DNA of 64,000 nucleotides from Bacteroidia bacterium (GCA_016788065.1 JAEUTI010000096.1:58065-122064), one strand, 5' to 3'; positions 32,308 to 41,567 are shown, counted from the first letter of the stretch. A program made the numbers and translations. Notes: generated from the sequence alone by a model not told the origin.

Positions 32308-32315
32308 TATCTTTG
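32308..32315 (+). promoter_or_regulatory. Bacteroidota promoter for rpsO: -7 box TATCTTTG with a -33 TTTG at 32285-32288
   Basis: Both elements match the consensus exactly, with a 19-nt spacer between them. Confidence 0.55.
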
Positions 32316-32350
32316 CAGTCGTTTAAAAATTCAAAATCAACCTATTCCCG

Positions 32351-32620
32351 ATGCAACTTAGTTCTGAGGCAAAAAAAGAGATCTTTACCAAATACGGTAA
32401 TACAGCAGTAAATACTGGTTCAGCAGAAGCGCAAATTGCGATGTTCACAGAAAGAATCAACTCTCTCACCGAGCACTTGAAGATCCAGAAAAAAGATTTT
32501 TCAACTCAACGTTCACTGATCCGTTTGGTAGGTAAACGCAGAAGTTTGTTGGATTTTCTGATGAAAACAGACATCACCAGATACAGAAAAATCATTGGTG
32601 AACTGAACATCAGAAAGTAA
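32351..32620 (+). CDS. rpsO: 30S ribosomal protein S15
   Basis: It is 89 aa with GSAEAQIAMFTERINSLTEHLK..KKD..S.R.L...VGKRR.LL.YL. Confidence 0.95.
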   Translation: MQLSSEAKKEIFTKYGNTAVNTGSAEAQIAMFTERINSLTEHLKIQKKDFSTQRSLIRLVGKRRSLLDFLMKTDITRYRKIIGELNIRK

Positions 32621-32645
32621 TCAGGATTTTATTAGATCAATATAG

Positions 32646-32673
32646 AAAGGCAATCTAAGCATTGCCTTTTTTT
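32646..32673 (+). terminator. Hairpin plus T-run between rpsO and pnp
   Basis: The AAAGGCAAT/ATTGCCTTT stem is followed by T7. Its position matches the attenuator/processing hairpin of rpsO-pnp operons. Confidence 0.65.
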
Positions 32674-32708
32674 CGTTAATATGTATTTCAATTAAAGCAA
32701 AGTAAAAG

Positions 32709-34913
32709 ATGTCAAAAACTCCAATTACAAAAACTTTCCAGCTGGCCGATGGCCGTTCCATTTCAATTGAAACCGGAAAGCTGGCAAAGCAAGCCGATGG
32801 ATCGGTTGTAGTACGCATGGGCGACTGCATGATCCTGGCAACAGTAGTATCAAATCCAAAAGCTAAAGAGGGTGTCGATTTCCTTCCGTTATCTGTCGAT
32901 TACCAGGAGAAATACGCTGCTGCGGGACGTTTCCCAGGTGGTTTTTTCAAAAGAGAAGCTCGTCTTTCAGAATACGAAATTCTTATCTCCCGTATTGTAG
33001 ATCGTGCTTTACGTCCCCTATTCCCAGATAACTACCATGCCGATACGCAGGTAATGATTACGTTGATTTCATCTGATAAAGATGTTGCTCCGGATGCATT
33101 GGCAGGTCTTGCCGCATCAGCAGCAATCACCATTTCTGATATTCCATTTAACGGACCTATTTCAGAAGTTCGTGTGGGTAAGATTAATGGTCAATTGAAA
33201 ATCAATCCTACCATTTCTGAAATGGAGACTGCCGATATTGATCTGATAGTGGCAGGAAGCATGAAAGATGTGGTGATGGTTGAAGGTGAAATGAATGAAG
33301 TTTCAGAAGCCGAAATGGTTGAAGCCATTAAGTTTGCACATGAAGCCATCAAATTGCAATGTCAGGCTCAGCTTGAACTTCGTGAAATGACAGGTAATGT
33401 TGCAAAAAGAGAATATAACCATGAAGTACATGATGAGGAGTTGCGTGCTAAGGTACGTGAAGCTACTTATCAGAAAGTTTATGACTTCGCTGCTCTTGGC
33501 AATAATAACAAGAATGCCCGCAGAGCCGGTTTCGATGCTATTTTGGATGAATTCAAAGCAACCTTTACTCCTGAAGAATTAAAAGAAAAAGAAGGTTTGA
33601 TCAACCACTATTTCCATGATGTGGAAAAAGAAGCTGTGAGAACAATGATGCTTGATACCAAAAAACGTTTGGATGGTCGTGGCACTACTGATATCAGAAA
33701 TATCTGGTCAGAAGTTGGCTACCTCCCTTCTACTCATGGATCGGCGATCTTTACTCGTGGAGAAACACAATCTCTTACCACAGTTACCTTAGGAGCAAAA
33801 ACTGATGAACAAATCATTGACGGAGCAATTTTCTTTGGTTACAACAAATTCCTTCTCCATTATAACTTCCCTGCATTTTCAACCGGAGAAGTGAAACCAA
33901 ACCGTGGCTTGGGAAGAAGAGAAGTTGGTCACGGAAATCTTGCTATGCGTTCTATAAAGAAGGTGCTTCCATCAATGGAGGAAAATCCATACACATTGCG
34001 TGTAGTATCTGATATCTTAGAATCAAACGGTTCATCTTCCATGGCTACAGTATGTGCAGGTTCACTTGCTCTTATGGATGCCGGAGTAAAACTTAAAAGT
34101 GCAATTTCAGGAATAGCAATGGGTCTGATTACTGACGGATCACGATTTGCTGTTCTTTCAGATATCCTTGGGGATGAAGATCATTTAGGTGACATGGACT
34201 TTAAAGTGACCGGTACACGCAAAGGAATTTGCGCTACACAAATGGATCTTAAAGTTGATGGTTTACCTTATGATATCATGCTTCAGGCTTTGGAACAGGC
34301 TAAAAATGGCCGTATTCATATCCTGAATGAAATGGATAAGACCATCAGCAAGCCTGCAGATGATTACAAACCACATGCTCCAAGAATTGAAAAGCTTACC
34401 ATTGAAAAAGAATTCATTGGTGCTATTATCGGGCCTGGTGGTAAAATTATTCAGGAAATGCAACGCGAAACCGGTGCCACCATTTCAATTGAAGAAGTTG
34501 ATGGTAAAGGTATTGTTGAGATAGCATCGGCCAACAAAGCTGCTATTGAAGATGTAAAGCGTCGTATTAAAGGTATAGTTGCTGTTCCGGAGGTTGGGGA
34601 AGTATATGAAGGTAAAGTAAGATCAATTATGGCTTACGGTGCTTTTGTGGAAATCCTTCCAGGTAAAGATGGCTTATTACATATATCTGAAGTTGCCTGG
34701 GAACGTTTGGAAAATGTAGATGGCATCCTTAAAGAAGGTGATATCATTCAGGTTAAACTTATTGAAGTAGATAAGAAAACAGGTAAACTGAAGCTTTCCC
34801 GCAAGGCACTGCTTCCAAAACCTGCAGGAATGCCTGAAAGAAGCAAGCCGGCCGATGATCAATCGAATGGTGGAAAGCCTCAGAGAAAGGTTCCAACCGA
34901 AAATCAAGGCTAA
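32709..34913 (+). CDS. pnp: Polyribonucleotide nucleotidyltransferase (PNPase)
   Basis: It has two RNase PH domains, KH ([16 protein letters not shown]) and S1 ([33 protein letters not shown]). Confidence 0.96.
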   Translation: MSKTPITKTFQLADGRSISIETGKLAKQADGSVVVRMGDCMILATVVSNPKAKEGVDFLPLSVDYQEKYAAAGRFPGGFFKREARLSEYEILISRIVDRALRPLFPDNYHADTQVMITLISSDKDVAPDALAGLAASAAITISDIPFNGPISEVRVGKINGQLKINPTISEMETADIDLIVAGSMKDVVMVEGEMNEVSEAEMVEAIKFAHEAIKLQCQAQLELREMTGNVAKREYNHEVHDEELRAKVREATYQKVYDFAALGNNNKNARRAGFDAILDEFKATFTPEELKEKEGLINHYFHDVEKEAVRTMMLDTKKRLDGRGTTDIRNIWSEVGYLPSTHGSAIFTRGETQSLTTVTLGAKTDEQIIDGAIFFGYNKFLLHYNFPAFSTGEVKPNRGLGRREVGHGNLAMRSIKKVLPSMEENPYTLRVVSDILESNGSSSMATVCAGSLALMDAGVKLKSAISGIAMGLITDGSRFAVLSDILGDEDHLGDMDFKVTGTRKGICATQMDLKVDGLPYDIMLQALEQAKNGRIHILNEMDKTISKPADDYKPHAPRIEKLTIEKEFIGAIIGPGGKIIQEMQRETGATISIEEVDGKGIVEIASANKAAIEDVKRRIKGIVAVPEVGEVYEGKVRSIMAYGAFVEILPGKDGLLHISEVAWERLENVDGILKEGDIIQVKLIEVDKKTGKLKLSRKALLPKPAGMPERSKPADDQSNGGKPQRKVPTENQG

Positions 34914-34968
34914 AAATCGGGTTTTTATAACCTCGATTCTTTCCACGCAATAATATCTTACAAATCAT

Positions 34969-35005
34969 ACAAAACCTGCCCTAAAGGCGGGTTTTGTGCA
35001 TTTTT
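34969..35005 (+). terminator. Rho-independent terminator after pnp
   Basis: A 12-bp stem (ACAAAACCTGCC / GGCGGGTTTTGT) is followed by GCATTTTT. Confidence 0.65.
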
Positions 35006-35185
35006 AGGGATTCTCCTTACGCATAATCTTACATTTTAGGTGCAGGCACTTGTGGTGAACGCCCAACTTTTAAAATTATATGTCGTTTTTCTTACAACCT
35101 GAAAGTAATGTGATCAAAAGTTATTGTAACTCTGTTTCTTATCGGGGCGTTTGACCCATATAATCAGAAGGAAACGACGAGCACG

Positions 35186-36055
35186 ATGAGACAGCTAAAA
35201 ATTACGAAACAGGTTACGAACCGCGAAACACAATCACTTGACAAGTATTTACAAGAAATTGGAAAAGTTACTTTAATTAATTCAGAACAGGAAGTTGTTC
35301 TGGCAAGGAGGATTCGGGAAGGTGATCAAAAGGCATTGGAACAACTGACCAAAGCCAATCTCCGATTTGTAGTATCGGTTGCAAAACAATATCAGAACCA
35401 GGGCCTCACTTTGGGTGATCTGATTAATGAGGGAAACCTGGGCCTTATTAAGGCAGCACAACGGTTTGATGAAACCCGCGGATTTAAGTTTATTTCTTAT
35501 GCCGTTTGGTGGATTCGTCAATCAATTTTACAGGCTTTGGCCGAGCAATCAAGAATTGTGAGGTTGCCTTTAAACAAGATAGGCTTTATTAATAAAATCA
35601 ATAAAACATTCTCGCAACTCGAACAGGATTTCGAACGTGAACCTACCAATGAGGAAATTTCGAAAGTGTTGCAGATTTCACAGGATGATATTCGCGATAC
35701 CATGCGTAGTTCAGGTCGCCATATTTCTATGGATGCACCACTTCTTCAGGGTGAAGATGGAAATTTGCTGGACCTGATTCCCGGAGAAGATGAACTTTCA
35801 CCGGAAACGAATCTGATGACTGAATCACTGCGTCGTGAAATTGAGAGAGCTCTTGGCACTTTAACTCCGCGTGAAGCCGATGTAGTTCGATTATATTACG
35901 GACTTGCAGAAGGAACAGCCTCTATGACTCTCGAAGAAATTGGAGAACGTTTCGAACTAACCAGAGAGCGGGTTCGTCAGATTAAAGAAAAAGCTATTCG
36001 CCGACTCAAGCATACTTCCAGAAGTAAAATACTGAAATCGTATTTAGGAAGTTAA
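35186..36055 (+). CDS. rpoD: Primary RNA polymerase sigma factor (Bacteroidota sigma-A, about 287 aa type)
   Basis: Regions 2-4 are present: [71 protein letters not shown]. Confidence 0.93.
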   Translation: MRQLKITKQVTNRETQSLDKYLQEIGKVTLINSEQEVVLARRIREGDQKALEQLTKANLRFVVSVAKQYQNQGLTLGDLINEGNLGLIKAAQRFDETRGFKFISYAVWWIRQSILQALAEQSRIVRLPLNKIGFINKINKTFSQLEQDFEREPTNEEISKVLQISQDDIRDTMRSSGRHISMDAPLLQGEDGNLLDLIPGEDELSPETNLMTESLRREIERALGTLTPREADVVRLYYGLAEGTASMTLEEIGERFELTRERVRQIKEKAIRRLKHTSRSKILKSYLGS

Positions 36056-36070
36056 AAAATACAATCCATA

Positions 36071-36103
36071 AAAAAAGCCGGTTCCCAGGAACCGGCTTTT
36101 TTT
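36071..36103. terminator. Bidirectional terminator between rpoD and the convergent lipoprotein gene
   Basis: The GCCGGTTCC/GGAACCGGC stem has an A-run on the left and a T-run on the right. Confidence 0.7.
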
Positions 36104-36117
36104 ATGGTACCTGATAA

Positions 36118-36759
36118 TTAATATTCCGACCAGAAATCAAATACTGCAACACCATCAGTAATGGTCTTGAAAGAGCCACTACCATCGTAAACATTGCAAC
36201 TAAAACTGGCTTTTACTTTCATATACTTATCGCCTCCTGAGTACCGAAACTTAGTATCCTGAATTACGAATGTGCTGCCTGTTTGTGCTGCCGAACCATA
36301 ATCTGATGCCCATTGAACTCCGTTTTCATCATAGTAAATGATCCTTACCCCATTTGCTGCCGCATTTGAATAGGCCACAGATTGTTCCGGAAAGAAATTT
36401 ACGAATGAAGCAGAATCAGAAGTTACGAATTCATAGGTTCCCAATTCTACATCAAAAAGACTTACATAATTGCTCCCAACAACTTTTTGAAATCCATAAC
36501 CAAATACAATTTCACTGGTATTTGGAGGAGTTGAAATAGATGAGCTATTCGAATAATAACTTTCAACATTTGATACAGCGCTCACATAAGATGTAGCAAC
36601 ATTATTAACTTTAAAGGAGGTCTGAGTTGGTGAATCCACGGTTACAGCGGGGGTGCCGGGATTTGTTGGTGAATCGTTGTCATCATCTTTAGAGCAACCT
36701 GTAAAGGCCACAACAAATAAAACTACAAACAGTAAATTGGCAGGATAATTTCTTTTCAT
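36118..36759 (-). CDS. Hypothetical lipoprotein
   Basis: It has a signal peptide and lipobox (FVVAFTGCSKDDD) and a Ser/Thr-rich linker. I recognise no family. Confidence 0.45.
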   Translation of the reverse strand: MKRNYPANLLFVVLFVVAFTGCSKDDDNDSPTNPGTPAVTVDSPTQTSFKVNNVATSYVSAVSNVESYYSNSSSISTPPNTSEIVFGYGFQKVVGSNYVSLFDVELGTYEFVTSDSASFVNFFPEQSVAYSNAAANGVRIIYYDENGVQWASDYGSAAQTGSTFVIQDTKFRYSGGDKYMKVKASFSCNVYDGSGSFKTITDGVAVFDFWSEY

Positions 36760-36946
36760 AATCAGTTAAGGTTTAGGGCAGTAAAGCTAAAACTATTTTT
36801 CAATCAAGTGAAATAGTATGAAAGTTTGAATTAATATACAGTCAATATATGACCACCTAGACATACATTAAGTGACTGATATTCATTAATATAATAACTT
36901 CAAAAATGGATTTGGTTCACCACAATGGTATTTGTTTCCAAATAAC

Positions 36947-36954
36947 TAATTTTG
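36947..36954 (+). promoter_or_regulatory. Bacteroidota -7 promoter box TAATTTTG upstream of rpe
   Basis: This is an exact TAnnTTTG match, 20 nt before the ATG. Confidence 0.45.
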
Positions 36955-36973
36955 CCATATAACCTGAAAAACC

Positions 36974-37639
36974 ATGGCCCTCATTGCCCCTTCCCTGCTA
37001 TCAGCCGATTTTGCCAATCTGGAACGAGATACTAAAATGATCAATGCCAGCAAGGCTGACTGGTTTCATGTTGATGTTATGGATGGCATGTTTGTGCCTA
37101 ATATCTCTTTTGGGTTTCCGGTAATAAAAGCGGTTAAGAAACATTGCAGTAAGCCGTTGGATGTGCATTTAATGATTGTTGACCCCGACAGGTATATTAC
37201 TGCATTCAGGGACGCAGGAGCTGATTATATCTCCGTGCATCTTGAAGCATGTCCACATTTACACAGAACACTTCAACTAATTAAAAGCACCGGAGCTAAA
37301 GCCGGAGTGGCAATTAACCCTCATACACCGGTGAGTTTGTTAAGGGAGGTTTTGCATGACGTAGATTTGGTTTGTATGATGTCGGTGAACCCGGGATTTG
37401 GAGGCCAGAAGTTTATTGAGCATACTTACTCCAAAGTCTCCGAATTAAGAGAAATGATTGAGGAGAAAAATACGGGGACATTAATTGAAATTGATGGTGG
37501 TGTTGACCTTAAAAACGCAGGAAAACTGATTGCTGCTGGAGCAGATGTTTTGGTAGCTGGAAATACAGTTTTCTCATCTGAAAACCCTACTGCCACCATT
37601 CAGCAGCTAAAGCAGATTTCGAGTTCTGTTGAAATTTAA
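36974..37639 (+). CDS. rpe: Ribulose-phosphate 3-epimerase
   Basis: It has IAPSLLSADFANL, HVDVMDGMFVPNISFG, MSVNPGFGGQKFI and IEIDGGV. Confidence 0.92.
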   Translation: MALIAPSLLSADFANLERDTKMINASKADWFHVDVMDGMFVPNISFGFPVIKAVKKHCSKPLDVHLMIVDPDRYITAFRDAGADYISVHLEACPHLHRTLQLIKSTGAKAGVAINPHTPVSLLREVLHDVDLVCMMSVNPGFGGQKFIEHTYSKVSELREMIEEKNTGTLIEIDGGVDLKNAGKLIAAGADVLVAGNTVFSSENPTATIQQLKQISSSVEI

Positions 37640-37642
37640 TCT

Positions 37643-38845
37643 TCAGCTGATACCTGCGTAATCCGACAAATAATTAAACCGACTTGTAAGCTGTCCGTTT
37701 TTGCATATCGTTGCACGATGAATCAATCCCGATTTGTCGCCATTTAAAAGATCCGGAATTACTCTTTCCATCAAATGTTTTCCAAAGCCATCGGAGGCAT
37801 CCCGCGGCAGTTCGCAAGGCAGATTATCGATTGCCATCACAGTAATTGTTCCGGGTTTAAATGCGGCTTCAATCGATTCGGTGATGGGATTGTATCCATA
37901 AAATTTATCATCTATTGTAGATGGTTGTGTAGTTGATGGGATACTACCATCAATATCGCAGGTAACATCGGCAATTACAGAAATTTGAAATTCGGGATCA
38001 CTCATTTGTTTTTTGGTAAACAAAACCGGAGCTTTTGGATCCCAGTAAGCGCAATGAATAAGCACATCACAACGTGATGCAAAACGTGAAAACGTAGAAG
38101 TAAATAATTCCGGGTGATTATAAAAATCATATTTACTGAAGGGACGGCCATCTTTAGCTTCATGATAATCGTGCGAATGCAGTTGTGTGTAAACTGGCTC
38201 ACGGAATGAATAATTTAGAAATTCATACGGAGTCACTTTACGGATATTCATTGCACCCATTGTTTCTTCAGCACCATGAGAAACTCTTCCACCTCCTGTA
38301 ATTATGATTTTGATGTTAGGAATTCCAATTTTAGAAAGTCCTTCAAAAAGTTCTTTCTTATCATGAGAAAGCTGGGCAGGTTTTAAATCGAATAAGTTAT
38401 ACATTTTGCCATAACCCATCAAACCATTATAAGCACCAACAATTCCTGCATATCTGCCAAATCCGATCACTCTGTTTCCTTCGGTATCTACCAGGCATTC
38501 GTAGTCAACCATTGTTATACGCTTTTCAAGCAGTGCTTTAATTAGCTTTTTGTTATGTGCCTGCTTTTTGATGGTATGCGAGAAAAACGAATATTGTTTA
38601 CCATCAATCAATTCGGAAATGGGCACTTCTTTTACACCCATCAGCACATCACAATCTGAAATATTCTCCTGAATCGAAATTCCTTCTTTTTGATATTCGG
38701 CATCCGTAAAACAGCGAAACGGACTCGGTTGCACAACAATTTCTGTACCCGGAAAATCGGCCATAATTTGTTTGCATTGTTCCGGAGTAAATGGAACACG
38801 CTTATCGTGAGGCACTTTCCCTTCTCTGATGATCCCTATTTTCAT
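37643..38845 (-). CDS. AlaDH/PNT-domain NAD(P)-dependent dehydrogenase (saccharopine/lysine-ketoglutarate reductase-like)
   Basis: The N-terminus is MKIGIIREGKVPHDKRVPFTP and a Rossmann GGGRVSHGA motif is present. The precise substrate cannot be inferred. Confidence 0.55.
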   Translation of the reverse strand: MKIGIIREGKVPHDKRVPFTPEQCKQIMADFPGTEIVVQPSPFRCFTDAEYQKEGISIQENISDCDVLMGVKEVPISELIDGKQYSFFSHTIKKQAHNKKLIKALLEKRITMVDYECLVDTEGNRVIGFGRYAGIVGAYNGLMGYGKMYNLFDLKPAQLSHDKKELFEGLSKIGIPNIKIIITGGGRVSHGAEETMGAMNIRKVTPYEFLNYSFREPVYTQLHSHDYHEAKDGRPFSKYDFYNHPELFTSTFSRFASRCDVLIHCAYWDPKAPVLFTKKQMSDPEFQISVIADVTCDIDGSIPSTTQPSTIDDKFYGYNPITESIEAAFKPGTITVMAIDNLPCELPRDASDGFGKHLMERVIPDLLNGDKSGLIHRATICKNGQLTSRFNYLSDYAGIS

Positions 38846-38936
38846 ATGCTTTTAAACAGGTTGCAAAATTAGCCATATAAATGGTTCCCACAACTGACTA
38901 AATGACAGCAAATGCTGCAGTGGTCTGATTTTTGAG

Positions 38937-38944
38937 TAATTTCG
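38937..38944 (+). promoter_or_regulatory. Near-consensus -7 box TAATTTCG upstream of ssrA
   Basis: It has one mismatch to TAnnTTTG and ends 9 nt before the mature tmRNA 5' end. Confidence 0.35.
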
Positions 38945-38953
38945 CATGCTTAT

Positions 38954-39349
38954 GGGGCCGAAAGGTTTCGACAGCAGGAGAGGTTGCTGTGTAAGCATGC
39001 CGAGCGTTGTGAATATGGCTCGTTAATCTCAACTCTCAATCGCTTAAATGGCGAAAACAACTACGCGCTTGCGGCTTAATCTCTAAGAGATAACGCCTAA
39101 TTCCATTCACAAGGTGGGTGGAACAAGCTACCCGGCAAGGGGTTCGGCTCATTAATCCTTTGCAATGGGTATCATTCTTTTGAGCTGGCTGTGATTTAGT
39201 CCCGACATCATAGCGAGATAAAGGGAATAAGGTTTTGAACGGTGTGCATTTCTCCAAGTCAATTCCCGACAATTCAAAAAGTGCTAAGCATGTAGAAAGC
39301 TCACCAGTCCCCAGTCTGGACGAGGGTTCAAATCCCTCCGGCTCCACCA
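38954..39349 (+). ncRNA. ssrA: Transfer-messenger RNA (tmRNA)
   Basis: The 5' GGGGCCGAAAGGTTTCGAC pairs with the 3' CGGCTCCACCA acceptor, including the G3:U wobble. The T-arm is GAGGGTTCAAATCCCTC. The tag reading frame is GGC GAA AAC AAC TAC GCG CTT GCG GCT TAA (39050-39079), giving (A)GENNYALAA. Confidence 0.93.
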
Positions 39350-39351
39350 AC

Positions 39352-39379
39352 TTTTTTTCCTGCTCTCGCAGGAAAAAAA
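39352..39379 (+). terminator. Hairpin immediately after ssrA (T7-CCTGC / GCAGG-A7)
   Basis: The palindrome TTTTTTTCCTGC-TCTC-GCAGGAAAAAAA starts 3 nt after the CCA end. Confidence 0.55.
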
Positions 39380-39380
39380 T

Positions 39381-39430
39381 ATAACCCCCAAAAAGTCTCA
39401 AGCTTGCTTGAAAGACTTTTTGGGGGTTAT
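39381..39430 (+). terminator. Second, very strong hairpin (18-bp perfect stem) followed by ATTTT
   Basis: ATAACCCCCAAAAAGTCT (39381-39398) pairs with AGACTTTTTGGGGGTTAT (39413-39430). The loop is the palindromic CAAGCTTGCTTGAA. Confidence 0.55.
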
Positions 39431-39460
39431 ATTTTAAGGCGCTTTAGCGACTTAAAAAAG

Positions 39461-39690
39461 TTGGTGCACGACCATAACTAAACAAGGATTCAGCGAAGCT
39501 AAATCCCTCCGGCTCCACCAACTTTGGCGCAGCATGCGACAAAGAATTGGTGCACGACCATAACTATACTAAGATTCAGCGCAGCTACATCCCTCCGGCT
39601 CCACCAACTTTGGCGCAGCATGCGACAAAGAATTGGTGCACGACCATAACTATACCAGGATTCAGCGCAGGTACATCCCTCCGGCTCCAC
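39461..39690 (+). repeat. 86-bp tandem repeat, 2.7 units, each carrying a copy of the ssrA 3' end
   Basis: The units are 39461-39546, 39547-39632 and 39633-39690 (truncated). The ssrA-identical segments are 39501-39525 (25 nt), 39589-39611 (23 nt) and 39675-39690 (16 nt), compared with the genuine end at 39330-39354. Confidence 0.9.
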
Positions 39691-39822
39691 TCTGCATACG
39701 CAAAGACTCACGAAAATAATTTGAAGCAATAATCTGCAGTCGGCCGAAGTTTACAGGTTACCTTATTGTTGAATTAAAAATATGTAGGTTTTTTTGTAAT
39801 TTTACATCTCAATAGCTTAAAA

Positions 39823-40269
39823 ATGAATTCCTGGCACTTTAACAAACACAGTTTTAAATATCTATTTGTACTTATTACTTTGAGCAGTTTTGTAGTGAGT
39901 TCGTGTAAAAAAGATAACACAAACGATGTAGCTCAAAATTATGTCGATTTTTACCTGTACCTGAATGAGCCGAGTAATATTGCATTGAATGCGGTTGGAG
40001 GATGGCTTTATGTAAATCAGGGAACCAAAGGAATAATTGTTTACCGAAGGGCACTGAATGAATTCACCGCGCTGGAACGCAATTGCACATACGACCCTAC
40101 AGCATCCTGCGCAACTGTACAGGTTGTATCAGGAATTACAGCAATTGATTCTTGTTGTACTTCACGTTTCAGCATTTACGATGGCAGCATCATTAATGGA
40201 CCTGCAACCCAACCCTTATACCAGTATAGTACTACATTTGACGGGAATGCATTGAGGGTTTATAATTAA
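39823..40269 (+). CDS. Hypothetical lipoprotein with a degenerate Rieske-like fold signature
   Basis: A lipobox (FVVSSCKKD) is present. The C-terminal pattern is GGWLYV...GIIVYRR...ALERNCTYDP...DSCCTSRFSIYDGSIINGPATQPL. This resembles Rieske CxH...CxxHGSxF..G...GPA..PL, but both His ligands are missing. Confidence 0.45.
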   Translation: MNSWHFNKHSFKYLFVLITLSSFVVSSCKKDNTNDVAQNYVDFYLYLNEPSNIALNAVGGWLYVNQGTKGIIVYRRALNEFTALERNCTYDPTASCATVQVVSGITAIDSCCTSRFSIYDGSIINGPATQPLYQYSTTFDGNALRVYN

Positions 40270-41413
40270 TTAAATAGGGTGATTTGTTCTTCTTAATTTG
40301 AAACCCAATTTTGTTTTTAGAAGAATTAAATAATTTTTCTTCCAACCATTTTCGTTTAGCCAAAAGTGGACTCTCAATAAAGTGAAAAGAAACTATTGCA
40401 AGACCGATTGTTGATGCCAGTGCAACCAGACAAACTGATATAGGCGCTGGACCTGTGTGCTGCAAATCACTATATCCTAAATAATATATCACCGGATAAT
40501 GGAATAAATAGATGCCATAGATCATTTGTCCCATGTAAGTTGCAGGTTTATTTCTGAATATAAGATTTACCATTCCTTTACCATGGCTATAATTCATTCT
40601 TATCATAAAGGAAATGATGATAAATGAAAGAACTGCAAACACGATGTATTGTCTGAAATAATATGGTAAATCCGGGAGAAAACGGATACCTCCAAGATAA
40701 ACATTCAGAGAGAACAAACCTATACCTGCTGCAATCAAAATTGCAAATTTCCATTTAGCCATAGCAATTATATCCTTCTCTATGAATGCTAAATAGCACC
40801 CAACTGAAAGGGCCAACATTCTGCTTGGAGTTCCATAATATAACCACCTTCCCCCTTCATCATATCCGGTTGCCAGAATAATTATTACTGAAAATGTAAT
40901 AGCCAATACAGGGATTATAAATCCGGCAACCCACTTTCCTGTTTTCACTGAAAAAAAACACATCAGCAGAGGCCATAACAAATAGAAATGCTCTTCTACA
41001 GCAAGTGACCAGGTATGAGCAAGTGGTCCGAAATCGCCTTTAAATATGTATAAAAAATTGGAAGTGTAAGTGAGTTGCCAAGGCATTCCAACATCTTCAC
41101 TAAAGACTATTCCTACCACTACCAGCGTCAATATATAAAGTGGCAGAATTCGTAATGATCTGCGAAAAAAGAATTTTCCGAAATGAAATGTTCCTTTAAT
41201 TTTTTCCTGAATTATAATTCTTGTAATTAGAAAACCACTTACACAAAAAAAGAGTTCAACCATCAAATAAGGTGCAGAAGTATAAACAAGCACATCATGC
41301 AATTTCACAGCAAGCCATGATGAACCAAAGGCCGGGAAGTGAGCAAAAAGAATTCCCAACGCTCCGTAAAACCGGAGCGAATCAATTGTTTTTATCCTGT
41401 CCATGTGATGCAA
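40232..41413 (-). CDS. Acyltransferase family 3 integral membrane O-acyltransferase
   Basis: It has about 10 TM segments and an N-terminal IDSLRFYGALGILFAHF motif, with HTWSLAVEEHFYLLWP typical of acyltransferase_3. The start is 41413 or 41404. Confidence 0.75.
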   Translation of the reverse strand: MHHMDRIKTIDSLRFYGALGILFAHFPAFGSSWLAVKLHDVLVYTSAPYLMVELFFCVSGFLITRIIIQEKIKGTFHFGKFFFRRSLRILPLYILTLVVVGIVFSEDVGMPWQLTYTSNFLYIFKGDFGPLAHTWSLAVEEHFYLLWPLLMCFFSVKTGKWVAGFIIPVLAITFSVIIILATGYDEGGRWLYYGTPSRMLALSVGCYLAFIEKDIIAMAKWKFAILIAAGIGLFSLNVYLGGIRFLPDLPYYFRQYIVFAVLSFIIISFMIRMNYSHGKGMVNLIFRNKPATYMGQMIYGIYLFHYPVIYYLGYSDLQHTGPAPISVCLVALASTIGLAIVSFHFIESPLLAKRKWLEEKLFNSSKNKIGFQIKKNKSPYLINYKPSMHSRQM

Positions 41414-41567
41414 ATTAATCTAAAAATCAACCATTTGCTTCCAAGCTGATTCGATTTCTTACACCTTAAATACCTCCAATAAAAACATTTTCAAACCTAT
41501 TAGAATTAAAAATCAATAGGTTATTCTAATTCATCATGACTTTTTCAGTAAAAACCTTACAGTTCAG

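Noticed and set aside
39036-39401. A 121-aa ORF on the minus strand
   Set aside because: It lies entirely antisense to the tmRNA gene and its terminator hairpins. It is an artefact of a structured RNA gene, not a CDS.
39461-39690. Possible CRISPR array
   Set aside because: The units are directly abutting 86-bp repeats with no unique spacers. No cas genes are in the window. The repeats carry ssrA-derived sequence.
39499-39732. Two ORFs of 61-76 aa on both strands with internally repeated peptide sequence
   Set aside because: They are read straight through the 86-bp tandem repeat. The repetitive translation arises because 86 is not a multiple of 3, so the frame drifts between units. There is no start context or coding signal.
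40951-40958. Homopolymer tracts as phase-variation switches: A8/T8 inside the acyltransferase gene, A9 at about 24846 in the ABC-F gene, and A8 at about 56410 in the SGNH gene
   Set aside because: The runs are short and encode Phe-Phe or Lys-rich linkers. This is expected in an AT-rich genome, and there is no evidence of frameshifted variants in this single sequence.
41470-41500. Possible distal att copy (AAATACCTCC) that would delimit an island with the ssrA repeats
   Set aside because: Only about 9 of 25 positions resemble the ssrA core. This is indistinguishable from chance by eye.
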